A DNA stretch of 64,000 bases, taken from contig JBLDXI010000019.1 in NCBI GenBank assembly GCA_047495785.1, positions 2,790,001 through 2,854,000 of the forward strand, read 5' to 3'. The notes below the pieces were generated by a model. The model did no database searches, had not been told where the DNA came from, and saw nothing but the letters and a program-made list of their open reading frames with translations. The stretch comes from Lepidodermella squamata. Lineage: Eukaryota; Animalia; Gastrotricha. Both the position numbers and the translations under genes were made by a program. Below, in pieces: positions 37,391 to 50,326 of the stretch (its first letter is position 1; every line of letters begins with the position of its first letter).

Positions 37391-38552
37391 TTTAATTAAA
37401 AATTTGAGATTTTTAAGAATAGGTTATTACCCGTCTCCCCGTGCGGGTTTTTATAGCGTCGCGCTTGTCGTTTGGCCTGGTTGACGAGGACGCACTCGTT
37501 GTGCGATAAAGCGACCTATGTGCCGTAGACAACTTGTGACCTACTTTTCGTAGACATTATGGCATGAGGTAGCGCACACGGATTAACGGCGCCGTTTTTT
37601 CCATTCAAAAGGTGTATGCAGTTGGGGTTTTTGCAGTACTAATGAAATGTCTATTTTAATTGATACCAATTTTTTGTCCAATAACAAACAATTAGGTTGA
37701 TTGATGAAAATGTCTCCCGTAAGACCATCAGAAAATTTGGGAGATTTTCGAGTTACTTATATCGTAGTTGGACTGAAGTCTGAAAAGTGCTGTCTCCAGC
37801 TATATACTAAATATTTCGCAATTTTAAGTGAATTTTACGAATTTAAGCTCGAATTCAATATGAAAAATCTTCTCAATCATGAGACATGGATAAAATGGAT
37901 AAAAAAACATAACACCAAAATTCGGTGGTTTTACCGAAATTGTCCCTTGTATTTTGTTTGGAAAAATTTATGAATATAATATCACAAAAAATTAAAAAAT
38001 ACCTGACTTTTAAATCAATTTTTATAACGGGAAGATGAGCCTTTTTGAGACTTTGCTGTTGTCACTCTTTTACAGCCGGGCTTATGCTTCAAAACTAAAA
38101 TTATTGGCAGACCGTCATAACAGCAAATACCCAAAATAGCAAACGCGACAAAACTTTTTTAATTTGCGACATAACAGCAGAAACACGACGCATCTTTTAC
38201 ATAGTAATTTGTCGCTGTTTTGTCGCATTCGCGGTTGCGCAAAGTTGCTGTTTTGTCGTCGAACCGAATTATTAGGAAAAAGAATATCGGATTTAGAATC
38301 GGTTTTTTATTCAAATTGTTCGTAGGTAAATAATCGCAATATTACACATAGTTTTTTTGATAATAATATATAACGCCTCGAGATGTTGGAAGCAGAGAAG
38401 AATATGCAAAACAATAATAATACTTGGGCACAATTTTCAGGCGATATGAAAAATACTAGAATTAAGTGCTGTATAAATATACTCGAATCTATTTACAAAC
38501 TGAGTTTATTGAAGGGCTGGCGATTTTTTTCCAATTAATTCGAATAAATTAT

Positions 38553-41500
38553 TTAAATGCATTGAGGTAGCTGGGACCATTTTCCAGACGGCTCGCACAC
38601 AATGAGCGCCGGACCTCGCAGGGTCATTCCGGTCGCGCATCGGTACGCAACCGTGTCCCCTGGCGTTGACAGACGGTCGCGGAACGAGGCGGCCGACGAG
38701 GCGTCCGCAACTGGCGGCACGGTGCCGCAACTCGCCTCAGCCTTAACGTAGGCCTTGACCAGGTACAGCCGTTTTGTTGTTACGTAATAACTAGGCGCGA
38801 GGACTTTGTTAACGAGGAGTGTGTTGAAAAGCGCGACGCTGTTCATGCGTAACGAGAAGCACTCGACCAAATCGGCGGGCGAGAAAATCGACCCGGCTGC
38901 GGATACCGAGTTGTCGTCGGCGTATGGGATGGCGCCGGTTGTCTCCGTGTCCGAGTAGAACAGGCCCATGAAGTCGCCCTGGCTGATGGAGACCTGCTGG
39001 TCGACAGGCACTTCGTACTCGACGAGGCCGGCGGTGTAGGCGCGCAGGGCGTTGTAGCCGACTAGTTGGTACCGAGTGTCATCAAGCTATTAAAAGTACA
39101 AATTCGTCAACATTTGAAAGATCTGGATTTTACGGGATTGTACAGGAGTTTTTTTAATTTCAAAATTAATAGATTTCGAACCATATCATATTTTATTCTC
39201 TATCTAAATTTCTATCTAAATTTGTAAAATTTTACAAATTGATGCAAATTTCTAAAAATTAAACTTAAATTCCTAAAAATTATTTTTCAAGTTCAACAAT
39301 AAAATCTGATCTGCAGAAAAATTAGAAAAATTGAAAATATGTAGAAATGAATTCTAACGGGGCCGCGAATTTTCGAAAATTTGATTTTTTTTTGTCAAGA
39401 ACTCAAAAAATCGATGAAAATGAGAAATTCGGCTTTCTTGGCTAGGAGCGTCATCTCAATAAAATAAAAAATCAGTCATTTATTCCTCTTACCTTTCTGA
39501 AAACTCCAAGATATACTGTCGCGTTGCCTTGCGCCAGTGCGAGGAACGTCCAATGAGTCACCTTGCCGCCGCATGGGAACTGCGCACCTGGGCAGATGTT
39601 CATCCATCCACCTGGCGCCCTGATCGTGCCCATATTTTTGCCGATGGACCCCTGCAAATCTGGAACACCCAACGTGCAAGACGGCAGTTCTTGGCATAGC
39701 GGCAGTTGCGTCCAAGAGCCATCTGACTGGCAGACAACTGTCGCGTTGCCGGCCATGACGAAGCCCAGACGGCATTTGAACACGACCTTGTCACCAGCGC
39801 CGGGTTTGTTCGAAAACGGCTGCGAAGAATCGACTACGGCGGGGTAGCCGTTTTGAATGACGGGAATGTCTGAGCAGAAGCCGGCGCCCAACGATTTGCC
39901 GAGTTCCCGAGCTTTCGACTGCTCGTTCAAGCGTGACGCATCAACTAGGTCAGAAAATGGGACAAAATATTATAAAATTATCGATCAACTTTGAACAATT
40001 TATGAGCAAACACATTTTTGAAGTTTGAAATTTTATTAAAAAATTTTGAAATTTTGAATTTTTTTTAAACTATTTTTCAAACATTTTGAAAATTTCAAAA
40101 CAAATTTCAACAAATTCAATTACGTTTCAATTTCGCAATATTTTTCAAATTTCAAAATTTCAAAATTTAATGTTTATTTTCAAAATTTTAAAATGAATCC
40201 TATTAAAGAATTTATCAGAAAATAGGTCACTGACCTGCGACAAATGCCTTTAATAGGTGAAGTCGCTTCGTAGGCGTCGCAACGGGCGAATTTAGCGAAA
40301 CCGTCCGCGCCCTCATCACCTCAGCCGCCGTCATTTGGTACGCGTAACAGTCATGAAGGTCATTCTGCGAGATACCAGCGACCAAATGCTGGCCATCAGC
40401 AAATGGAATCACGCCGTAACGATCATCGGAATCATAGAAAACGCCAACGAAATCGCCAGATTGAATATTCATCGTCTTGGTTGACTGGATTTGGACTATG
40501 CCGATTTTAGTCGCATTCCAAGTTTCGTAGCCAACCAGCGTGACCTGGTTCGACCCGCCCCGGCGCCAAACTGAGAGATACACCATCCTCTCATCATTCC
40601 GGGTTGAAAATAACTCCCATGTCGTAATGCGACCGTTGCAGGAAAACGTCACGGTTGGGCAGAAATTCAACCAGTTGCCCGGTTTCGGTAGCGAATTCGG
40701 GGTGATGAGCGGGAGATTCCGCGGACCGGCCGAACAAACGGGGGGTGACGTGCAGACTGGAAATTGCGACCACGTTCCGCTTGGCTGGCACGACACGGTC
40801 AGTGAACCCGATTGCAGGTACAACCCAGCCATGCATTGATACGTCACCGAATCGCCGGCTGAGGACCGGCCTAGGAACGACTGCCCGGACTGCGTGGCGT
40901 TTGTAACCACTGGAGCGGAACCGCAGCTCCTCGACCCTAAAATCCTTGCGCGTAAGTTGAATAACCGCTTAACTGGGACAGCGCGATTTGTCCGAATTCG
41001 ATGGTCGCCGTTCATTGATTCAACAATCGAGTCTCGATAGATTGGGACACTGATACAGTCCCATAATTCTTCGACTCGGAAGTCCATCAGCGCCTGTTCC
41101 GAGGCGTAGTTAATCACAGCCTCGCTTTCGGCTGTGTCGTAGTAAATTCCGAAATAATCGCCGTCTCTTATGGTAATTCGGTCTTTTTCGGCGATATTTT
41201 GCGAGATCAGGCCGTATTTTGATACGGTGATGGAGTTGTTGCCTAGCATTTGGAAGGTTGAGTAGCCGGTCTTTCGCCACACTGAGACGTAGACGGTGGA
41301 GTTGCCGCCCTGGGCTACGCTGAACAGTTCCCAGGCGGCGATTGAGCCGAAGCATCGCGAGTTTATGCCTGGGATTAGACAAAGGTTGAGCCAAGTTCCA
41401 GGCTGAGAGGCGCCTTTTGAATTTTGCGAAATTTTAGGTGCGCCCACGGTACACGGCTGTTGACTCGAAATAACTGAAAACACATTTCGTTGAAAAATAA

Positions 41501-43574
41501 ATTTTCAAAAAAATTTCAAAATTTCAAAAGAAATTCAAATTTTTATAAACATTTTATAATTTAAAATGTAAAATTTCTGATCCAATAAAAGACTAACGTT
41601 TGCAGGTGGGAAGGGCAGACCAAGCCGCTGTGGCCTCGCAGCTAACCACCGGACTGCCACTGAGTTCATAGCCCGGCAAGCAAGTGTATTGCACCACGTC
41701 ACCGATACGGCTGTCCCTGCCCGAAAATGAGACAGATGCCGTAGCATTGCCGATTGTCGGCACCTCGCCACACGTATCGTCCTTTTTGCCCGATAGCACC
41801 GCCCTTAGGGCATAAGCTCGTCTAACAGGCTGGCCAAGGCTGGTATCAACAGCCCCGAGATTAGTCAGCTGTTCTTCGACTGTTGCGGCTAGGATAGGGA
41901 TGGAAATGCAATCGGCGATGTCGCCGTATGAGAAGCCGTTTAATCGAGCCTGATCTGCGTATGGTACGATTCCGCCGTCCTCGAGAAGAGCGCCGTTGGA
42001 GTAGAATAAGCCATAGGAATCTCCAGCTTCAACCCAGAATCGGTCATAGCCGGAGGGTGAAACTCGAACTAGGCCAGTTTTGTTAACCAAAACCTGAAAT
42101 TCAAAAAGGATTAGGATTCATTTCCTACGATAATATCGAGATTACTATGTACCTTAGCAGAGCTTCCTATAAAGATTCCTATTTACAATCCAATATTCCT
42201 ATCCCTAAACCTTCGCCTATTGCTATTCCTATTGCTATTGCTATTCCTATTCACTCCTATTGATCTTATAGTTTCGATAATTTCTAGCCACCCTGTTATT
42301 CCTATTCAATACTTATTTCCGATCTCATGTGAAGGATTCTTAATTTATTGATCTGGTCTTGAATTTTTCTGAATATTATACCTGTGTCATGCCGATGAGC
42401 TCGAATTTAGCCGATGGTTGGCGGCTCATTCGCCAAACAGCTAGGAAAATGGGCAAAGCACTTGGGCGGAGACTGAGGAATTCCCAGTATAGGATTTGGC
42501 CAGAACACGGGAATTGAACTTGAGGGCAAATAGCCATCCAACGGCCAGGGTCGCGAAGGTCGCCAGTATTAGCCGGAAGAGAAGCCGGGCCGATGCTACA
42601 AGAACTTCCGCCTATTAGCATTATTGGGGCGAAGAGGAAAGAAGCAAAAATTAAAATAAATTCAAAAAATAAGTTGAAAAGAAAAGTAGAAAAAATTGAA
42701 AAAAAATAAAATAAAATATTTTGAATTTCGGAAAAATTCAAGAAAAACATCAACACTTTCTACTAGGTTTACATGTAATTTTTCGAACTTACTCTCTTCT
42801 GTATAGCCGATTAGAGCAGGTACAGCCGATTCAGCAATAATAGGCGCGATTGTAACTCGGCCTGCCGTAGTCATCAGAGTTCGAATATCATCATCATACA
42901 ACTCGGCAGTCACGACATCGCTCAGCTCAGTAGCTTTGAAGGCGCCAGGAAGCTGTTCGGTGAATATAGGAATTGCAGCATAGTCGCCCTCACGACTGTA
43001 GTGAACACCAATCATGTCACCAGCCTTGACAGTAATTCTGGAAAATAAATCGGTAGCTTTCAGCATAAATTAAAAAGGAAAAAGGGGAAAGGAAAAATAG
43101 GACAAGGAATAGGAATAGGAATAGGAAATGAATAGGAATAGGAATAGGAATAGGAATTTGGGAATATCAGAGGCAAAATAAGAATCCTTACCTTTCAGCC
43201 TGTTCAAGTTGGTACAGCTGCTTCCCTGGTTTCATGCGCGAAACAGCCGTTGATCCAACTAGGAAATACGAATCAGCCGAATCAGCAACTTGCCGCCACA
43301 CATCCAGGTACAGTTGAGCCGATAGATCGACATCGGCGATGAAAAATTCCCATTTCACTAGGGCGCCATCGCAGGGGAACGTGAGCGACTTGTAAATTGT
43401 CATCCAACGTGAAGCGACGTTCAACACGTTGTTATCGGTCGTTTTTCCAGCCTGACATACCCGAGCGTCGATTCGGCTCAGAAATAGGGATAACGCCAAG
43501 ATAACGGCTGAGAAGACCGATGACCGAAGCTGGCGATCGTAAACGCCGTTGCTTCGATTGACTAGCAGCAACAT
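38553..43574 (-). CDS. Secreted protein with five copies of a ~140-aa F-x-C-x-G-x(3,4)-W domain and four Sushi/CCP domains, 7 exons
   Basis: Approximate exons 43574-43192, 43038-42793, 42612-42382, 42093-41598, 41473-40235, 39945-39493, 39087-38553; Sushi motifs such as GDVVQYTCLPGYELSGSPVVSCEATAAWSALPTC. Confidence 0.85.
43105..43157. repeat. (GGAATA)n hexamer microsatellite, intron 1 of the Sushi gene
   Basis: ggaataggaataggaatagg..., about 8 units. Confidence 0.85.
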
Positions 43575-44284
43575 GCGCGGGAAACAAGTAGGAAATTTGA
43601 TAATTTAATCTAGCTTTGAAATTAATGAGTCTAGTTTCAGGAAGTAAAACAAACGAAAAAGGTGCCGCTTAGCGATTTATTTGATCTGGACTAAAATTCT
43701 CGCGGAAACCAGGTAGCGTTAATTAAATATCACAGCGTTGCGCGCATCGCGTGCGCGTTACGCCTGGCCGATTTGTGCGCGGGCGCAATAAAAATTGCCA
43801 AGGTAATAAAACGCGCGCGCATAAAGGCGCGCAAATATTTGGCGCGCGCAGGTGTGAGCCGGCCCGTGCGCGCACATTTTATTATCACTAACCGCCGTGT
43901 CAACATCGGCGCTGTCGTCGTCTTCGTCTCTTTCTTGCTCGTCGTTTCGTTGTTACATTAACAATTCCGCTGAATTTATTTGCCGACGCCTTTTGTTTTT
44001 AAGGCATCGGCGCGAGGCGGAGAGGTGTGAGCGAGTCAAATTTTTTCGGCGCACATTTAATTGAAAAAATTACTTTCAAATTTTAGCTCGGAAATTTCAT
44101 CAACCATCAAAATAAATATTTTGTTTACGCGTAAAAATAATAATGCTTGTTACGATATATTTAGCCAGACTAAAAATGTCCGAAAAATTGGGACATGAAA
44201 TTTACAAAATTATTTTTATTTGAACAACAAAACGATTTGAAAATATAAGCATTTAGGACATAATTTGTTGATCAGATATTTCAG

Positions 44285-45226
44285 TCAATCATCTTCCTCT
44301 TCCTTTTTTTCCCCAGGCGGTGGTCCGTAAGGATCGTAGCCCGGTCCGGGGTAGCGAGGCATGTTTTGAATATCGACAATATTGGTGTACCAATTTTTGT
44401 GCCAGTTCCAGTAGTTGTGATACGCCTGAAGGCCTGCAACATGGTTCCGCAAAAAATCATACTGCTGTGCGCTAAATTGAGCCATTTGACCTAGAAAAGG
44501 ATACAAATTAATTAAACACTCTTAATCAGTTCAAATAGTAAAATAGTGATAGTCAAAGCCAAACTATTAAAACCTTTGTCTGTTTTTATCCGATTTTTGA
44601 GTAAAGTCGATGGCGAATAATTCAAGTACAAACATGAATGTATATTTTAAAATGTTTTTTATGGGAGCAATTGGTTTGCGCGCTATAATTGGTGAGCAAT
44701 TGAGTGCGAGGTAATTAAGGCTGCGCGCAAGGTGAATTTGGTTATAGGTAAGTTGGACTAGAAATGTTGATAAAGGTGCCACTATTTGTACTCATTGGAA
44801 AGAGCTATAATTGGGCTATATCACGGCTCGAAAACCGACAACTTTTTCCACAGTTCACCTTTGACCTTTGTCAGTCAAAATAATTCGCACCCAAAGAAAT
44901 TCGCGAACATTGAGGATTTGAAATTTACCTAATTGGTTGTGAGCTGCGTGGACATAAGAGCGGTAATAAGCTTCCCGTTGGCCCCACGTGTTGAGAGCCT
45001 CGAAGTATTTTCGATACTGATCGTCGCGTTCTGCTACGGTGTTATCAGGAGGGGGCGGTGGCACGAAATCGACCTGAAACTGATCAGCCAGTGCTCCAGC
45101 CGCTCTTGGGGTGAGAGTAGCTACTGGCGCCGCTAGAATTTAAAAACAGTTTTTTTAATATGTCTCTTGTTCTATTTCGAAAATTTATATCCTACGAGGA
45201 GGCACTGGCGGAGGTGGCGCAGCCAT
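44285..45226 (-). CDS. Small Pro/Tyr-rich protein of unknown function, 3 exons
   Basis: Exons 45226-45196, ~45133-44929, ~44491-44285 splice in frame: MAAPPPPVPP...DQYRKYFEALNTW...HNYWNWHKNWY...GPPPGEKKEEEDD. Confidence 0.7.
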
Positions 45227-45561
45227 CTATTGGAATATTCTCGAAAAGTCACAATTTAATATAATAAATGCTTGGCTTTATTTGGCAACGTGTCTTGGAG
45301 TTTTCCAGCCCTCGCGATTGCCATATCTTAGTGCATAAATAATTCAGGTAAATCAATGCAACGAGTCTCGTTTTTTCTGCCTTTTGATTTTGACATCAAT
45401 AGAAACCAAGAAAAAAACACAACCTTGTCAATGGAATCACAAATAGTTTATTCTTTCAAATAAATCTGTTTTGATTTGTTGATAATGTCCGTTAACGGTG
45501 AATCATGCAATAATTGGGCGAGTAGTCATCTAAAATTAACGGCATGGGCTCGATGAGGTTT

Positions 45562-48166
45562 TTAGGATATAAGACCAGATTGACGCATTGCTTCTTGTCC
45601 AGTGAAGTGAGCGTTAACCTCGGCTTGTGTCATGGCGAAAGGACAGGCTAGGACCTCGTCGATGTGACCACGGAAATCGCCCAAGCGCCCATCTGAAATG
45701 GGAAAATTATTCAATATTTGAAGGCGAAAGTAAAGTACAGAGAGAGGAAAGGAAAGGAAAGGAAAGGAAAGGAAAGGAAAGGAAAGGAAAGGAAAGGAAA
45801 GGAAAGGAAAGGAAAGGAAAGGAAAGGAAAGGAAAGGAAAGGAAAGGAAAGGAAAGGAAAGGAAAAGGAAAGGAAAGGAAAGGAAAGGAAAGGAAAGGAA
45901 AGGTTAGGAAATTAGGGGAACATATTTGGAAGTAAGAAAAGCAATCGACAGCGAAGTAAAGGAATTGATAACGGGCTTTCAAAGGGAAATCAGTGAAAGG
46001 ATGAAACATGGGGAGAACCTAATGAAAAATAAACTCGTTGACCATACCTGTACCAACCACAAATCTGTTCAGGGTTGAGCGAACGAAACCAGCTGCAGGC
46101 ACTTTACTCATCAACATCTGAAAAGTATCACAAATGCTATATACCGTATATAAGTAGGCCATCATTTCAGACTCACGTTGTTAACGTAAAGCGTGACATA
46201 GGCGCTGTCGTAAACTGCGCAAACTTGATTGAACCCGAAAACAGCGTGGAAGTTGACGGAGCTGTTGAGACTGGCTACGTTTTCAGGGTGTTCAAACGCC
46301 ATTTTCACATCGATTTGATCATTAGGCGCCACGGCCATGCTGATCGAAAAATCGAGGTTGTTGCCTTGAAGACGGTTCGAGAAAAGCCCAGCAACGCTCT
46401 CGCATGCGAAAGGATCGCGGCTTGAATGGTCAGAATTAGGATCAGCAGCACACCTAAACAAGATTTTCAGATATTTCAAAACTTAATGGCAAGAAAACCT
46501 ACTGGAAGAAGAGACAAAATGAAGCTGAATCTTGGAAATCGACTTGCGACAGGTGCGGGATCTCCAAACGACCGCCGTGTGTGCTCAATGAACCGGGACC
46601 ACGAGCCGCAAAGTGGCGCGCCAACTCGGCGTCATCGTGCAAAAACGTCACTTGATTCGCGTTCGATTTATCGTCGAAATCTTCATCAAACGGCAGGTAC
46701 AACACGCATTGACGATTTTCAGTGCTCGTAATGGCGGGTTTAGCATGCTTTTGGCTTGGAATTGCCGCCTCTTTACGGCAACGGCATGATCGGACATCGA
46801 AACGAAGACCCTCCTCGCAGTTTGCGCTGAACATATGGCGGTAAGGCTGGGATAGGATGTTGGTAGTTTCGAGGCGTTTCGATACCGAGACTACGATGAA
46901 GATGTCTGGGTGGTGGGGTGAGACCTGGAGGATGTTGCCGAACTGGTCTTCGCAGTGGGTTGTGTTGTGAGGAGCGTCTTCGAAGGCGTAGTGCTCCAGA
47001 GCTACAGGCTTAACTCGGCCATAGATCGGGTCGAATTTTTCAGGCTAAAGAAAAATTCAGGGATTAGAATCTTCCAAGACTTGAGAAATGTCCCAAATAA
47101 TGGTATGAAACTGGTGAAATTTGTAAAAAATTCAGTAAAAACCGGAAAATAACGAAAAATCGGGCTTTTCGAATATTTTTGGGGTTTAGGTCACGATGGG
47201 TTTTCTTCGGTATATTAAAGATTTGAATTGTAGATTAGTATGAAAAATCTTGAAGATTCCATAAATACCCGGAAAATACCGAAAAATACTGAATTGCCGG
47301 GTTTTTTCGGGTTTTAAGTTCTATTTGGTTTTCTTTGATGAATTATATTTTATTGAAGAAATTGCACTCACCGGGGGATTAGGAAGAGTGCATTTATCGA
47401 TGCAGGGTGTCTGAGTGTCTGATGGAACGCAGTCGCAGCGATCAGCGTCGAATTTGTAGTAGCGCGGGCAGCAGTGGCCGAACGACATAGCCTCGTGGCA
47501 TCGGTAGAATTTTGCGCAGTTTCGAGCCACGGCGTAGCACCCGTGGGCCGCGACAGTTCCGTTGCGGCACTGGTCCATGCAGAGTGCCCCTGCGGACTCG
47601 GGCAGGCACTGAACTGCGTCGGGTGACCAGAAGTGGCGCGGTGGGCAGTGATGCTTAACGCCGACTGCGTGGGTCGCGTTCGCAAAGTAACATCTACACA
47701 ATTAAAATTCAACAAAAAAATGAAATTTTAATTGAAAATAAAAGATTGAATAAATTAAAACTAAGCAATTAAAGAAATTGCAAATCGATTTTTTTAATTC
47801 ACGACCCATCGAAAATCAATCAATTTGAAATCAAAAGAAAATTGCTCACTGAAACTGATTTTTCAAAAGTTTTTTAAATAATTTTCAAATTTTCAAATTT
47901 TCGAAGAATAATTGAATTACTTGTCAATATTATTGCGGTGTTTCTAGATATTTTATTATATAATACCTGTAATAAGTGTGACAATCTTCCGGATTCGCGT
48001 ACACGTCCTTTGCATTTCGATGGCGAATACGGCTGAGGCATAAAGCCGCCCCAGCTCTCACCTCAGCCTCGTCTACTTCACCTGTATACGGCGAGTAAGG
48101 AGGCGGTGCGGCGAATACGACAGCTAAAAGACCTGAGGCTAAACTGAGGCCTAGTAATGACACCAT
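45562..48166 (-). CDS. Secreted chitin-binding (ChtBD2/CBM14) plus C-terminal LamG protein, Pif-like architecture without vWA
   Basis: Signal peptide MVSLLGLSLASGLLAVVFA; YANPEDCHTYYRC, CAKFYRCH...CCPRYYKFD...CDC, CEEGLRFDVRSCRC; LYLPFDEDFDDKS...RLEIPHLS...VCAVYD...FRGHIDEV. Confidence 0.85.
45746..45902. repeat. (GGAAA)n pentamer microsatellite, ~31 units, in last intron
   Basis: Near-perfect tandem array. Confidence 0.97.
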
Positions 48167-48840
48167 TTTTAAAGTTTCTCAAAAGTTATTTTTGTTAATT
48201 TGGAAAAAATAAGTTACGGGGTGAGGTGAAAAAATGAATGAAACGGCACGAGCTGAAAAAAATACGCCAAATGTCAAGGTTCACGATGAAACTCGTGCCA
48301 TTACGCAATCGAGAAATCGATTATTTTACGTAAACCGATTAAATTTCAAAAAAATTTTGATCGAAAAAGTCGCTTCCATACATTGAGATGAGCGTGAGAA
48401 GTTTCAGGTGAAAGTTCCACTGTTGGTGACAAATTTGAATAATTCAATTGTTCGTGAAAACTGAATTCATCGTTGAAATAAACTGGGTATTTTAACAAAT
48501 TAGGTCACATGGCTAATTTTGCTCATGACCCCATTTTTATCAGTCTAATTCGAACAGATGAATTCCATCAATTCTAAAAATTTTATTTTAGAGTTTTTCA
48601 TCAATAAAAAATTCATCTTCGCATCTAGAGAAAAAGCATGAAACTGACATAAAAATGAAACGAATTTTTCGCGAATTAGGAACATTTTATTGCGATTTTT
48701 GTTTTGAAAATTAGGTGTGATTTTATAAGAAATGGATGACCGGAATTCTTCTTGACTGATTACTCCATGCATTCAAAAAATGTGATATTTCTGCGAAGTT
48801 TTCCAGCCATATAGATTTTCAAAGTTGATATCGCCGATTT

Positions 48841-49822
48841 CTATTTCGTGTTGAAGAATGGTTTCGCAATGGTGCGAATGTACTCGCCAGGGCTGAACAA
48901 CACCGGCGGCCCGTCTTTCGGCTGAATCGGGTTGTAGTTGGCGAAGCCGAATCGCGGCAGGGCCTGTTTGAAGTCGGGCGACTGATGCATCTTCCACGCC
49001 ATGTCCTGCGTGTGCGTGTAACGCGCCCTCATCAGCCAGTAATAATCCTCGGCGTGCGCGGCTCGCGCGTACTCGTACTTCAACTTATCGTCGTACTCGT
49101 TGCCGTCGTAGAAACCAGACTAGAAACAGACAATAATAAAATATTTAAACATTTTCAAGGCTTAAGGCAAGAATCTGATGCGACCAAATTCCTACGAATA
49201 AATAAATTAAAAATCGAAAAAATTCGATTAATTTAAAATTTAAAATTCGTGAGACATATCCATAATTAATATTTGATAATCAAACGAATTCCGAAAAAAT
49301 TTTAGATTTTTTTGTGAAGATTTACATTTGAGAACATTTTCGATTTGGATGCGTGCCAAGAGGACAATCGACAATCTAAAATTGGGGTTCCCGGAATAAA
49401 CGTGAGGGTCCAGAACTAATTATTCCGAAACTGGTTTTTCGAAGTTCCCTTTTTAAAAATTTGTCAAACCCGATATGGATCCGTAATTAAAGTCATAGTT
49501 GAGTTTTCGTTATTCTGTCAATTTTTTTCGATTTCGACGAATCAAAATTTCAAGAGCTTCAATTATTAAATTTTACCGGAAAATATCTCGCCATAATTTG
49601 CTCTGGCGTTGGCGTTGGTATATTAGGATGCACCATGGGCATAGGCGTGCCGAAGGTTGGCGGTAGTCTAGGCATGAATTCCCACGCTTTAGGCGCGCCG
49701 TGGGCGTAGAACATGGGCGCTTTCATTTGCTCAAATTCGTTTATCGACGCCTCAGTCATCGCATCGTCATCTTCTTCAGGGCCATCGGGACCAATAACAC
49801 CCGGCTTCGGAATTACAGCCAT
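48841..49822 (-). CDS. Pro/Tyr/Met-rich protein of unknown function, 2 exons
   Basis: ...EQIMARYFP|SGFYDGNEYDDKLKYEYARAAHAEDYYW... spliced in frame at GT-AG; GC-rich exons in AT-rich surroundings. Confidence 0.7.
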
Positions 49823-50326
49823 TACAAAAATATTTCAAAAAATCCTGATAATCCGCGAAAATTCAACAAATTCAGCAAGAAAATAGGTGAATATTAGTAA
49901 AAGTTGAAAAAATGTCAGTCTTCGAGTACTGATGAATGAAAATAGGAAAAATAAGCTCACTGAATTGATGACAGAGTTGGGAAAGAATAGGATATGTACC
50001 TATTGCTTATGGAAACATCGATGAAAAGAAAAATATGAATGCACTGGTTGAATCGACGTCATTCCCCTATTCACGTTAAAACAGACCATTGATACTTTCG
50101 CGATGAACCGAGTAAAAGCTAGAATGCGGCATAGCAAGAAAAAAATGAGAAACACACCCGATAGGCTGAACTTTCTCCTGCCAAAAATTAATTCAAATTG
50201 GAATTTTTCGGCAAATCCTCTTTCCATCGCCAATAGAAGCTATCATATATATTATCCAATTTAACAATAATTTCCGAAAAATTTAATTTTTTTCTGAATT
50301 TCCTGAATTTTTCAATATTTTTTTAG

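Noticed and set aside
45627-46009. ORFs with (KGKER)n or (FPFLS)n
   Set aside because: Translations of the intronic (GGAAA)n microsatellite
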